Below, in pieces: positions 48,705 through 57,274 of a stretch of DNA of 64,000 bases (its first letter is position 1; each line of letters opens with the position of its first letter). Location: contig DWWD01000021.1 of the NCBI GenBank assembly GCA_019119895.1, positions 11,789-75,788 on the forward strand, given 5' to 3'. The stretch comes from Candidatus Anaerostipes avistercoris. GTDB taxonomy: Bacteria; Bacillota; Clostridia; Lachnospirales; Lachnospiraceae. A program made the position numbers and the translations under genes. A model generated the notes under the pieces. It was not told the DNA's origin, did no database searches, and saw nothing but the letters and a program-made list of their open reading frames with translations.

Positions 48705-49691
48705 ATGCATATGGCAGATGCGCTGGTAGCGCCGGCAGTTGCAGGCACGATGTATGTATGCTCTGCGGCGGCAATGACGTATTCAATCAAAAAAGTACAT
48801 CTGGAGACAGATACAAAAAAAATTCCGGTCATGGGAGTCATGGGAGCCTTTGTTTTCGCGGCACAGATGATCAACTTTACCATTCCGGGCACAGGTTCCT
48901 CAGGACATTTGTGCGGCGGTATGATGCTGTCTGCGATTCTTGGGCCTTATGCGGGATTCCTGACGATGGTCGGCGTCCTGCTGGTACAATGTCTGCTTTT
49001 TGCGGACGGAGGACTTCTGGCTCTGGGAGCCAATGTATGGAACATGGCGTTTTACGGATGCTTTATTGGAGGACTGGTCCTGTGGAAAATGATCATGAGG
49101 AATGGAATGTCAAAAAAGAAAATCACGGCGGCATCGATTATCGGATGTATTCTGACGCTGCAGCTGGGGGCTTTTTCTGTCACACTGGAAACTCTGGCGT
49201 CCGGGATCACGGAACTTCCGTTTGCTGTTTTTGTGGGGACCATGCAACCAATCCATCTTGCGATCGGATTAGTTGAAGGCATGATCACAGCGGCAGTACT
49301 CTGTTTTATTTATGATGCCAGACCGGAACTGCTGTGGATGCATCAGGAAACAGAAGAAGGACGGCTCTCTTACAAGGGAACTGTAGGTGCCCTGGCATGT
49401 GCCACTGCAGTGATCGGAGGATTATTGTCTCTGGCCGCTTCTTCAAATCCGGACGGGCTGGAATGGTCCATGGAAAGGGTAGCAGGAACAGCAGAACTGC
49501 CGGCATCCGGAGCGGTGCAGCAGGCAGCGCAGAGAATACAGGAATTTACGGCGCTTCTTCCTGATTATGCACTGAAAGGATCAGACAGCGCCGCAGGAAC
49601 ATCCATTTCAGGAATTGTCGGAGCTCTGATTGTTGCGGCATTATGTATTTTGGCCTGCGCCTTTGTAAGGAAAAGGAAGAAAGTGAAGTAG
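48705..49691 (+). CDS. Ni/Co ECF transporter substrate component, CbiM/NikM fused to PDGLE (NikN) domain
   Basis: N-terminal MHMADA metal-binding motif, GSSGHL.GG, ALGAN, C-terminal ASSNPDGLEW. Confidence 0.9.
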   Translation: MHMADALVAPAVAGTMYVCSAAAMTYSIKKVHLETDTKKIPVMGVMGAFVFAAQMINFTIPGTGSSGHLCGGMMLSAILGPYAGFLTMVGVLLVQCLLFADGGLLALGANVWNMAFYGCFIGGLVLWKMIMRNGMSKKKITAASIIGCILTLQLGAFSVTLETLASGITELPFAVFVGTMQPIHLAIGLVEGMITAAVLCFIYDARPELLWMHQETEEGRLSYKGTVGALACATAVIGGLLSLAASSNPDGLEWSMERVAGTAELPASGAVQQAAQRIQEFTALLPDYALKGSDSAAGTSISGIVGALIVAALCILACAFVRKRKKVK

Positions 49692-49693
49692 GC

Positions 49694-50497
49694 GTGGGAA
49701 AAATCAGAGAAGCAATATACGGAATTCATCATATGGACGAGACCGCTTCCAGGGATCAGTGGATTCAGAGACTTCACCCTCTGGCGAAGCTGCTGGTGAC
49801 TTTTGCATACATTTTCATCACCGTATCTTTTGACCGGTACAATCTTCCCGGACTTGCCGGTATGGGAATCTATTTACTTGCCCTGTTCATTCTGGGGAAA
49901 ATTCCATTTTTTCAGGCGGTCCGGCAGCTAAAGGTTATTCTGGCAGTTTCGGCCGCAGTTGGAATCGCAAATCCGTTTCTGGACCACAGCGCAGTGGGAA
50001 GTATTGGAGGATTTGTTGTGACCGGAGGAATGATTTCCATGATCACACTGATGCTGAAAGGAATTTATTCTGTTCTGGCTTCCTATCTCCTGATCGCATC
50101 CACTTCAATAGAAGAAATCTGTTACGCCCTTCAGTGCCTGAAAATTCCCAGGACATTTATAACGGTTATATTGCTGATTTACCGTTATATGATTGTTCTC
50201 CTGAAAGAAGCAGAACGGATTACTCTGGCCTATGAAATGCGGGCTCCCGGACAGAAGGGAATCCACTGGAAGGCATGGGGGTCCCTGGCGGGACAGCTGC
50301 TACTTCGAAGCATTGACAGGGCGCAGGTGGTTTACGAAAGTATGATGCTGAGAGGATATGACGGAACATTCCGCCTGATTCGAAAGGAAGCATCTGCCGT
50401 TTCCAGTATTTTATATGGAGCCGGATTGACTTTACTGTTTGTGCTGTACCGGTATGTGCCGGTATTTGAAATTGCAGGGCGGATATTTGGATTTTGA
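49694..50497 (+). CDS. Ni/Co ECF transporter T component (CbiQ/NikQ)
   Basis: LHPLAKLLV, LIYRY, A.EMRA, LLLRS..RA..VY.SM.LRGY. GTG start at 49694. Confidence 0.9.
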   Translation: MGKIREAIYGIHHMDETASRDQWIQRLHPLAKLLVTFAYIFITVSFDRYNLPGLAGMGIYLLALFILGKIPFFQAVRQLKVILAVSAAVGIANPFLDHSAVGSIGGFVVTGGMISMITLMLKGIYSVLASYLLIASTSIEEICYALQCLKIPRTFITVILLIYRYMIVLLKEAERITLAYEMRAPGQKGIHWKAWGSLAGQLLLRSIDRAQVVYESMMLRGYDGTFRLIRKEASAVSSILYGAGLTLLFVLYRYVPVFEIAGRIFGF

Positions 50498-50517
50498 CAG
50501 TAGGAGGAAATAATACC

Positions 50518-51258
50518 ATGCAGACAATAGAAATCGACCATCTTTCGTTTGCCTATGGAGATGAGCCGGTGCTTTCAGATATCTGCTTTCTGGCAGAAGG
50601 AGAAGAAACCATAGGAATCATTGGAGCCAATGGCGTAGGAAAGTCCACTCTTCTGAAAATCATGGTGGGAATTCTGCCGGAGTATCAGGGCAGCCTCAGG
50701 ATCTGCGGCATGGATGTGGAAAAAAAGAATCTGGCGAAAATCCGGGAGAAAACAGGATATGTATTCCAGGATTCAGAAAGTCAGCTTTTTATGTCCAATG
50801 TATATGAGGACGTGGCGTTTGCGCCGAGAAACTATGGTTATTCCGAAGAGGAAGTAAAAAAAAGAACAGAAAAAGCACTGGAAATGGTGCATATTCAGGA
50901 TATCAAAGAGAAACAGATTTACCGGCTGTCCGGAGGACAGAAAAAACTGGCATCCATCGCCACCATTTTGTCGACTAATCCGGAAATTATCCTTCTGGAC
51001 GAGCCTTCGGTTGCTCTGGATCCGAGAAACCGGAGAAATCTGATCCATATTTTAAGGGAACTTCCGGGAATGAAGGTAATCGCTTCTCATGATATGGATT
51101 TGATATGGGATACCTGCAGCCGGATCATCCTTATGTCAGGAGGCAGAATCATCGCGGACGGAGACACGAAGAAAATTCTTACGAACAGAGAACTGCTGGA
51201 AGAACATGGGCTGGAACTTCCGATGTTTGTGGCGGGACAGCAGAGCATGGAAAAATAG
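50518..51258 (+). CDS. Ni/Co ECF transporter ATPase (CbiO/NikO)
   Basis: GANGVGKST, VFQDSESQLF, LSGGQKK, LLDEP. Start at ATG 50518 behind AGGAGG. Confidence 0.9.
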   Translation: MQTIEIDHLSFAYGDEPVLSDICFLAEGEETIGIIGANGVGKSTLLKIMVGILPEYQGSLRICGMDVEKKNLAKIREKTGYVFQDSESQLFMSNVYEDVAFAPRNYGYSEEEVKKRTEKALEMVHIQDIKEKQIYRLSGGQKKLASIATILSTNPEIILLDEPSVALDPRNRRNLIHILRELPGMKVIASHDMDLIWDTCSRIILMSGGRIIADGDTKKILTNRELLEEHGLELPMFVAGQQSMEK

Positions 51259-51273
51259 AAGGAGGAAGGCAAG

Positions 51274-52299
51274 ATGAAGCAGGTTACATTAGGGAAAACA
51301 GGAATTACGGTACCGCAGAATGCTTTTGGGGCACTGCCGGTTCAGCGGGTTGGTATGGACGAAGCGGTCCGCATCCTGCGCCGGGCATATGAAGGAGGCA
51401 TGCGCTTCTTTGATACGGCCCGTGCTTACAGCGACAGCGAAGAAAAACTTGGAAATGCTTTTGAAGGAATGCGCGGCAAAGTTTACATTGCAACAAAAAC
51501 CATGGCAAAAACGCCGGAAGAGTTCTGGAGCCAGCTGGAAACATCTCTTAAGCTTTTAAAAACAGACTATATCGATCTGTACCAGTTCCATTGTGTGGAT
51601 GTCTGTTACCGGGAAGGAGATGGATCCGGCATGTATGAATGTATGCTGGAAGCAAAAAAGCAGGGGAAAATCCGCCATATCGGCGTCACGGCGCACAAAC
51701 TGAACGTCGCCAGAGAATGTATCGAATCTGATCTTTATGAAACGCTCCAGTATCCGTTCAGTTATCTTTCATCAGAAAAAGAAATCGAACTTGTAAAAAT
51801 GTGCGGGGAGCATCATATGGGATTTATTGCCATGAAAGGTCTTGCCGGCGGACTCCTGAACCATTCCAGAGCAGTCTTTGCTTACATGTCCCAATTTGAC
51901 AATGTTCTCCCAATCTGGGGAATACAGAAAATGGAAGAACTGGAAGAATGGCTTTCTTATATGGAAAATCCTCCGGTTATGGATCAGGAAACAGAAGCAT
52001 TTATTGAAAAAGAACGAAAGGAACTCACCGGGGAATTCTGCAGGGGATGCGGATACTGTATGCCATGTCCGGCGGGCATTAAGATCAATAACTGTGCCAG
52101 AATGTCGCTGATGCTCAGGAGAGCGCCGTCAGCCAGCTGGCTGAGCCAGGAATGGCAGGAAAATATGAAGAAAATCGAAGATTGTCTTCACTGCGGGCAG
52201 TGCATGGCAAAATGTCCGTATGAATTAAATACACCGGAACTGCTCCGAAAGAATTATGAGGATTATAAAAATGTATTATCCGGAAAAACTGTAGTCTGA
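51274..52299 (+). CDS. aldo/keto reductase with C-terminal 4Fe-4S dicluster
   Basis: FFDTARAY, IATKT, YQFH (intact D/Y/K/H tetrad); CRGCGYCMPCP and CLHCGQCMAKCP. Confidence 0.9.
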   Translation: MKQVTLGKTGITVPQNAFGALPVQRVGMDEAVRILRRAYEGGMRFFDTARAYSDSEEKLGNAFEGMRGKVYIATKTMAKTPEEFWSQLETSLKLLKTDYIDLYQFHCVDVCYREGDGSGMYECMLEAKKQGKIRHIGVTAHKLNVARECIESDLYETLQYPFSYLSSEKEIELVKMCGEHHMGFIAMKGLAGGLLNHSRAVFAYMSQFDNVLPIWGIQKMEELEEWLSYMENPPVMDQETEAFIEKERKELTGEFCRGCGYCMPCPAGIKINNCARMSLMLRRAPSASWLSQEWQENMKKIEDCLHCGQCMAKCPYELNTPELLRKNYEDYKNVLSGKTVV

Positions 52300-52324
52300 T
52301 AACATTGTGTGGAAAGGAGAGTAT

Positions 52325-53434
52325 ATGACGGAAGCCTATCTGTTATTGCCGGCGCTGATCTGGGTGCCTTTCGGCATTTATCTTTATCACATCATCGTCC
52401 GGTTTCTTAGTTTATTCCATACCTGGGAGAAAACGGCAGTTTCCAGAATCCTGTCTCTGGCGGTTACACTGTTTTGCGTCTCCAGAGGATGGATGCTTTA
52501 CGGGCTGGGAGCTGTTGTACTCTTTCATTTTCTGGCATTTTCCGCGGGAATGGAAATCGTGTGGCAGATCGGACGCAGGAAGATTCAGAAGGAAAAAACA
52601 AAAAGGAGGCTGCAGTTTGTATGCAAAAGCAGTATCGTAAGCCTTCTTCTGCTTGCCATTGTTTTTGCCTATGGCTTTTACAATATCAAAGACGTAAGAA
52701 GAACCCACTATAGTGTGGAAGCGGGGGAAAAGGAGGCGGATGGTTTCAGAATTGTACAGATTTCAGATCTCCATATGGGAACTACCATGGGGACAGAGGA
52801 ATTGAAGACATACTGCAGGCAGATAGAAAAAGAAAAGCCGGATCTTCTTGCGCTGACAGGAGATATTTTTGACGAGAGCACCACCAGGAGCGAAATGCAG
52901 GAAGCGGCCCGTCTGCTGGGCGGCATCCAAACCACATATGGAACCTATTATATTTTCGGCAACCACGATTATAATCTCTATACGCAGACGCCGTATTATA
53001 CCCGGGATGAGTTAAAAGATACGCTGGAAAAGGAGGGAATCCGCGTGCTGGAAGATGAAGTGACAAAGGCCGCGGACTGGCTGACTGTGATCGGACGGAC
53101 CGATGCGTCTCTGGACCGGGCGGAAATCAGCAGTCTGATGGATCAGGCGGATTCGGATTCTTTTATTCTTCTTCTGGATCATCAGCCGGAAGACCTGGAT
53201 GAAAATAAGGCGGCAGGAGTCAATCTGCAGCTGTCCGGTCATACCCATGCGGGACAAATCTGGCCGACAGGACAGCTTGGCAGCCTTTTCGGCGTAACAG
53301 AGCTGAACTATGGATACCGGGAAGATGGGGCTTATCATGTGATTGTCTCATCCGGAATCGGAGGGTGGGGTTACGCAATCCGCACCGGAGGACATTCTGA
53401 ATATGTTGTGATCGATGTAAATTCGGAAACTTAA
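52325..53434 (+). CDS. membrane-bound metallophosphoesterase (YkuE-like)
   Basis: N-terminal TM helices; SDLH, TGDIFD, GNHD, LLDHQP, SGHTHAGQ. Confidence 0.9.
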   Translation: MTEAYLLLPALIWVPFGIYLYHIIVRFLSLFHTWEKTAVSRILSLAVTLFCVSRGWMLYGLGAVVLFHFLAFSAGMEIVWQIGRRKIQKEKTKRRLQFVCKSSIVSLLLLAIVFAYGFYNIKDVRRTHYSVEAGEKEADGFRIVQISDLHMGTTMGTEELKTYCRQIEKEKPDLLALTGDIFDESTTRSEMQEAARLLGGIQTTYGTYYIFGNHDYNLYTQTPYYTRDELKDTLEKEGIRVLEDEVTKAADWLTVIGRTDASLDRAEISSLMDQADSDSFILLLDHQPEDLDENKAAGVNLQLSGHTHAGQIWPTGQLGSLFGVTELNYGYREDGAYHVIVSSGIGGWGYAIRTGGHSEYVVIDVNSET

Positions 53435-53510
53435 TGTTTCACTTGTAGTTTTTCCATGTTTCCAGTAGAATAAGGAGCGGAATCAAAGGAAATAAAACAG
53501 TGGAGGAACC

Positions 53511-54161
53511 ATGATGGGAAATAAGTATTATGCGGTAAAAAAAGGAAGAAAGCCAGGGATTTACGATACCTGGGATGAATGCAGGAAACAAACCCTTGGC
53601 TTTTCCGGTGCCGTCTACAAAAGCTTTAAAACCAGACCGGAGGCAGAGGCTTTTCTGACGCCTGGCGGGCATGAGACTATGACAGTGGATGAAGAGACGC
53701 TGACTGCCTATGTGGATGGAAGTTTTCAAAAAGATGACAAGGCATTTTCCTATGGCATGGTGATCATCCGGCCTGAACAGGAGGAGCTTTATTTTGCGGA
53801 GAAATATGAAGATGAGGATCTGGCCTCCATGCGAAATGTGGCGGGAGAAATCAAAGGGTCTGAAGCAGCCATGAAATTTGCGCTGGACCATGGCTATAAA
53901 AAGCTTGCCATTTATTATGATTATGAGGGAATCCGGAAATGGTGCACCGGAGAGTGGAAAACCAATAAAGAAGGAACCAGAGCATACAAAGCATTTTATG
54001 ATCAGAAGAAAAAAGATCTTAAAGTCAAATTTGTAAAGGTAAAGGGACATTCCAACGATAAATATAATGATATGGCGGATATGCTGGCAAAATCGGCTCT
54101 GGGAATCGGTGACGGAAGTTTTGCAAAAACAAGTGAAACCCAGTGGCATAAAGTAAAATAA
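53511..54161 (+). CDS. rnhA: ribonuclease HI with N-terminal hybrid-binding (viroplasmin/Cauli_VI) domain
   Basis: KYYAVKKGRKPGIY..WDEC...F.GA..K.F; then YVDGS, GEI, VKVKGHS, N..AD.LAK. Confidence 0.9.
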   Translation: MMGNKYYAVKKGRKPGIYDTWDECRKQTLGFSGAVYKSFKTRPEAEAFLTPGGHETMTVDEETLTAYVDGSFQKDDKAFSYGMVIIRPEQEELYFAEKYEDEDLASMRNVAGEIKGSEAAMKFALDHGYKKLAIYYDYEGIRKWCTGEWKTNKEGTRAYKAFYDQKKKDLKVKFVKVKGHSNDKYNDMADMLAKSALGIGDGSFAKTSETQWHKVK

Positions 54162-54183
54162 TAGCTGGAAGAAATGGGAACGG

Positions 54184-54211
54184 TTGACAGAAAAAACAGG
54201 AGTGCTATACT
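54184..54211 (+). promoter_or_regulatory. strong sigma-A promoter with no downstream ORF (drives candidate ncRNA)
   Basis: TTGACA-16 bp-TATACT with TGn extension. Confidence 0.75.
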
Positions 54212-54216
54212 TAAAT

Positions 54217-54317
54217 TGCCGCATCAGTTCCGGAAGGAGTGCAGGCCGCAGCCTGTATCGGAGGTGTCTAAGCTCACTTAAAGATTATTCTTAGAAACAC
54301 GCTCCGGCTGATGGGCA
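54217..54317 (+). ncRNA. candidate structured non-coding RNA, four-way junction, family not identified
   Basis: Manual fold: P1 TGCC-G-CATCAG/CTGATG-GGCA; P2 TTCC-GGAA-GGAG; P3 TGCAGGC-CGCA-GCCTGTA; P4 TCGGAG-GTGT-CTAAG/CTTAG-AA-ACAC-G-CTCCGG. Begins about 6 nt after the -10 box. Confidence 0.6.
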
Positions 54318-54353
54318 TTTCTTAAGTTTCAGACAAGTTTATGAAAAAAACAC

Positions 54354-54382
54354 TTGCAAAATGTTTTGTCTTATTATATTAT
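54354..54382 (+). promoter_or_regulatory. sigma-A promoter of the tRNA gene
   Basis: TTGCAA-17 bp-TATTAT. Confidence 0.6.
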
Positions 54383-54393
54383 AATATAGCTGT

Positions 54394-54466
54394 GTACCAG
54401 TAACTCAGTGGATAGAGTGGCAGCCTCCGAAGCTGTTGGTCGCGGGTTCAACTCCCGCCTGGTGCA
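54394..54466 (+). tRNA. tRNA-Arg (anticodon CCG)
   Basis: Cloverleaf: acceptor GTACCAG/CTGGTGC, D arm ACTC/GAGT, anticodon arm GCAGC-CTCCGAA-GCTGT, T arm GCGGG-TTCAACT-CCCGC. CCA not encoded. Confidence 0.97.
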
Positions 54467-54470
54467 TTTC

Positions 54471-54496
54471 AAAACCCGCGTACTTACGTGGGTTTT
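54471..54496 (+). terminator. tRNA terminator
   Basis: AAAACCCGCG-TACTTA-CGTGGGTTTT. Confidence 0.75.
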
Positions 54497-54558
54497 GTAT
54501 GAAAAAATATCATACATAAGAAATAAATCGAGTACAACAAAATAGGATTGTCAAGTAG

Positions 54559-54792
54559 GACTATAGATTTTTCTGTTTCTGACTATAAACAGAGATCTGT
54601 AGTCTTTTTATTTCACAGGAACATAGCTTCCTGTGAAATAAAAACGCTCCGCGAGGATCACACTGCGGCGGAGCGGATAGTGCCGCTTATGCGGCCCGCC
54701 GCAGGCGGAGAATCCTGCAAAGCAGGATTCTTTCCCGGTTCACAGGAACACCAGCTTCCTGTGAACCAGAAAACTGTGTTTCTATAAAACAC
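54559..54792. repeat. array of tandem palindromes (REP/BIME-like) upstream of the MATE gene
   Basis: At least 7 adjacent hairpins. TTCACAGGAAC..AGCTTCCTGTGAA occurs twice (54605-54644, 54737-54767); 54705-54734 is identical to 8331-8360. Confidence 0.75.
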
Positions 54793-54814
54793 GAAACTTG
54801 AAAGGAGACAAAAT

Positions 54815-56188
54815 ATGGATCAGACGTATATGAAAAAGAAACCGATCCTGCCTCTGCTCATGTCAATGGCTCTGCCGATGATCATTTCCATGTGTGTGAA
54901 TTCGCTGTATAACATTGTAGACAGTATTTTCGTGGCAAAGATCAGTGAGGACGCCATGACCGCGCTGTCACTGGTCTATCCGGTGCAGAATCTGGTGACA
55001 TCGATCAGTGTTGGATTTGGAGTTGGAATCAACGCAATGATTGCCATGTATCTTGGCAGCGGAAACGAGGAGAGAGCCGGAGCCGCCGCCACTCAGGGAA
55101 CACTGCTGAATGGAATTCACGGCGTTCTGCTGAATGTTCTGGGGCTTTTGTTTATGCCGGCATTTCTCAGAATGTTTACATCAGACCCGGAATTGATCGA
55201 TCTGGGACTTCGATATTCCACGATTGTATTGTGTTTTTCCATTGTCATTACCATAGGAATTTCATTTGAGAAAATCTTCCAGGCAGTTGGAAAGATGATG
55301 GTGACAATGATCAGTCTTTTGTGTGGATGTGTATTAAACATCATTCTGGATCCGGTTCTTATTTTCGGAATCGGACCATTTCCGGAAATGGGGATTGAAG
55401 GCGCGGCTCTTGCGACAGGAATCGGACAGCTGTCAACCCTTGTGATTTATCTTGTGGTTTATTTCCGGAAGCCGATCAACGTGAAACTTTCTTTCCGGTA
55501 TCTGAAACCGGAGGCAGAACTCTGCCTCAGACTTTATTCCATCGGGATACCGGCGACGCTGAACATGGCTCTGCCGTCTGTTCTGATTTCTGCTCTGAAC
55601 GGAATGTTCGCGGTATACTCTCAGACCTATGTCGTGGTCCTTGGAATTTATTATAAACTGCAGACGTTTCTATATCTTACGGCCAACGGTGTCGTGCAGG
55701 GCATGCGTCCGCTGATCAGTTATAATTACGGAGCGGGAGAACTGACGAGAGTAAGAAAGATATACAAAATATCTTTGACGATCATCGCTGCGATGATGGT
55801 GGTCGGAGTTATCATATGCTTTGCGGTTCCGGAAATGCTGATGAAAATGTTTACATCCAATCCGGATACAATCCGAATCGGTGTGACAGCCCTGAGAATC
55901 ATCTGTATCGGCTTTATTGCCTCCGCTGTATCGGTTACTTCCGCCGGAGCTTTTGAAGCGCTGGGTAAGGGAATTCAGTCATTTATGATATCCTTCCTCA
56001 GGTATGTGGCAGTGATCCTTCCGGCAGCGTTCATTCTGAGCCGGACCTTCGGTGCCGACAGCATCTGGAATGCTTTCTGGATCGCGGAATTTGTGACGGC
56101 AGCGGCAGCCTGGCTTCTGTACAGGAACATCTTAAAACCCCGGAAAGGCACAGAAGGAGAAGAGGTTTTGACAGAGAAATCAGAATAG
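54815..56188 (+). CDS. MATE family efflux transporter
   Basis: 457 aa, about 12 TM. LYNIVDSIFV, NIILDPVLIFG...MGIEGAALAT, SYNYGAG. Confidence 0.95.
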   Translation: MDQTYMKKKPILPLLMSMALPMIISMCVNSLYNIVDSIFVAKISEDAMTALSLVYPVQNLVTSISVGFGVGINAMIAMYLGSGNEERAGAAATQGTLLNGIHGVLLNVLGLLFMPAFLRMFTSDPELIDLGLRYSTIVLCFSIVITIGISFEKIFQAVGKMMVTMISLLCGCVLNIILDPVLIFGIGPFPEMGIEGAALATGIGQLSTLVIYLVVYFRKPINVKLSFRYLKPEAELCLRLYSIGIPATLNMALPSVLISALNGMFAVYSQTYVVVLGIYYKLQTFLYLTANGVVQGMRPLISYNYGAGELTRVRKIYKISLTIIAAMMVVGVIICFAVPEMLMKMFTSNPDTIRIGVTALRIICIGFIASAVSVTSAGAFEALGKGIQSFMISFLRYVAVILPAAFILSRTFGADSIWNAFWIAEFVTAAAAWLLYRNILKPRKGTEGEEVLTEKSE

Positions 56189-56196
56189 ATTACAAT
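56168..56196 (+). promoter_or_regulatory. sigma-A promoter of the thioesterase gene, overlapping the MATE 3' end
   Basis: TTGACA-17 bp-TACAAT. Confidence 0.7.
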
Positions 56197-56217
56197 ATGG
56201 GGACAGGAGGAAAGATT

Positions 56218-56631
56218 ATGGAACATATTTCAAAAATCGTAGTCAGATATGCAGAAACGGATCAGATGGGAATCGCTCATCACAGCTGCTACGCGGTATG
56301 GTTTGAAGTCGCAAGGACAGAATTTATCAAATCAGCAGGCATTTCCTATACGGAAGTAGAAGATATGGGAATCATCCTGCCTCTGACGTTCCTGGAGTGC
56401 AGGTACAAGACAGCGGCGCTGTATGAAGATGAACTGGAAATTCACGCAAAACTTACGAAACTTACGCCGGTAAGGCTGGAATTCTCTTATGAAGTCAAGA
56501 GAGATGGAGAAGTGATCGCCACAGGAAAGACCGGACACGGCATGGTCAGCAAAGATCTGAAGCCGATGAATGTAAAAAAAGAACACCCGGATCTGTACCG
56601 GATGTTTGAATCAGCCCTGGAGACGGCTTAA
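56218..56631 (+). CDS. acyl-CoA thioesterase (YbgC/FadM hot-dog family)
   Basis: VRYAETDQMGIAHH..Y..WFE.ART. Start at ATG 56218 behind AGGAGG. Confidence 0.92.
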   Translation: MEHISKIVVRYAETDQMGIAHHSCYAVWFEVARTEFIKSAGISYTEVEDMGIILPLTFLECRYKTAALYEDELEIHAKLTKLTPVRLEFSYEVKRDGEVIATGKTGHGMVSKDLKPMNVKKEHPDLYRMFESALETA

Positions 56632-57063
56632 TTGTTCCACAAGGATCAGCCGCATAAGCTGATGAGGGAACGTAAGTCTCCCAAAACTTAATTTCATACG
56701 GCCTTTTGATACTGCGGCCGGGGACAGTCCCAGCGAGCCTCCGATGAGAAAGGAGACACAGGATACGGAATCCTGCTTCAGCTGATTCCATTTTTCCTGA
56801 AATTCTTCGGTGGAAAGGGGAGTCCCTTCAATACACAAAGGAATGACAAAACTGTGAGAAGGAATCCGGGATATGATACGGGCTCCTTCTTTTTCTTTGA
56901 TTCTTTCCTCTTCTTTCTGACTTGCGCCGTCAGGAGTTTTCTCGTCCGGCAGTTCTATGATTTCAAATTCATATCGCTTTCGGATTTCTTTTGCATAGCG
57001 GTTGATCAGCTTTTTTAAATAATCTTCTTTTATTTTTCCCACGCAGATGATTTGTATTTTCAT
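56611..57063 (-). CDS. rlmH: RlmH paralogue A: SAM-binding knot intact, C-terminal tail missing
   Basis: VGKIKE.Y, ELPDEK, IGGSLGLS, LSFGRLTFPHQLMRLILVEQ, then LSRLQG* instead of IYRAF.I...PYHK. Confidence 0.85.
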   Translation of the reverse strand: MKIQIICVGKIKEDYLKKLINRYAKEIRKRYEFEIIELPDEKTPDGASQKEEERIKEKEGARIISRIPSHSFVIPLCIEGTPLSTEEFQEKWNQLKQDSVSCVSFLIGGSLGLSPAAVSKGRMKLSFGRLTFPHQLMRLILVEQLSRLQG

Positions 57064-57274
57064 AAAAAATCCTTTCTTTCCGGGTCATGATCTGTTCTGA
57101 TTTTACAGCATTGACAGCAGGAAAGCAACCGGCGCCGGGAAACAAAAGAGAATCATCCGGGTTTTTGCAAATTGAGAATGTTTCCCGCTTCGGACTGGAC
57201 GGGCTTTCCGGGATGGGGTATAATATAATGAAATCTGAGGGAATATCAGAACAATGAAAACTGGAGGAACATAT

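Noticed and set aside
45690-48705. NiCo or cobalamin riboswitch controlling the ECF transporter
   Set aside because: No intergenic space before cbiM/nikM, and no recognisable aptamer in the short larB leader.
54222-54245. Resemblance of CAGTTCCGGAAGGAGTGCAG to SRP RNA helix 8 (CAGGUCCGGAAGGAAGCAG)
   Set aside because: The conserved CAGG/AGCA internal loop is altered, the motif lies at the 5' end rather than the apex of a long rod, and the flanks do not pair as in SRP. Still worth a cmscan.
54394-54466. tRNA-Arg as an integration (att) site for a mobile element
   Set aside because: I saw no second copy of the tRNA 3' end and no integrase gene in the window.
54559-54792. CRISPR array, or guanidine-IV riboswitch upstream of MATE
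   Set aside because: No regularly spaced identical repeats with unique spacers and no cas genes; the sequence does not match the guanidine-IV two-hairpin/terminator pattern as I know it.
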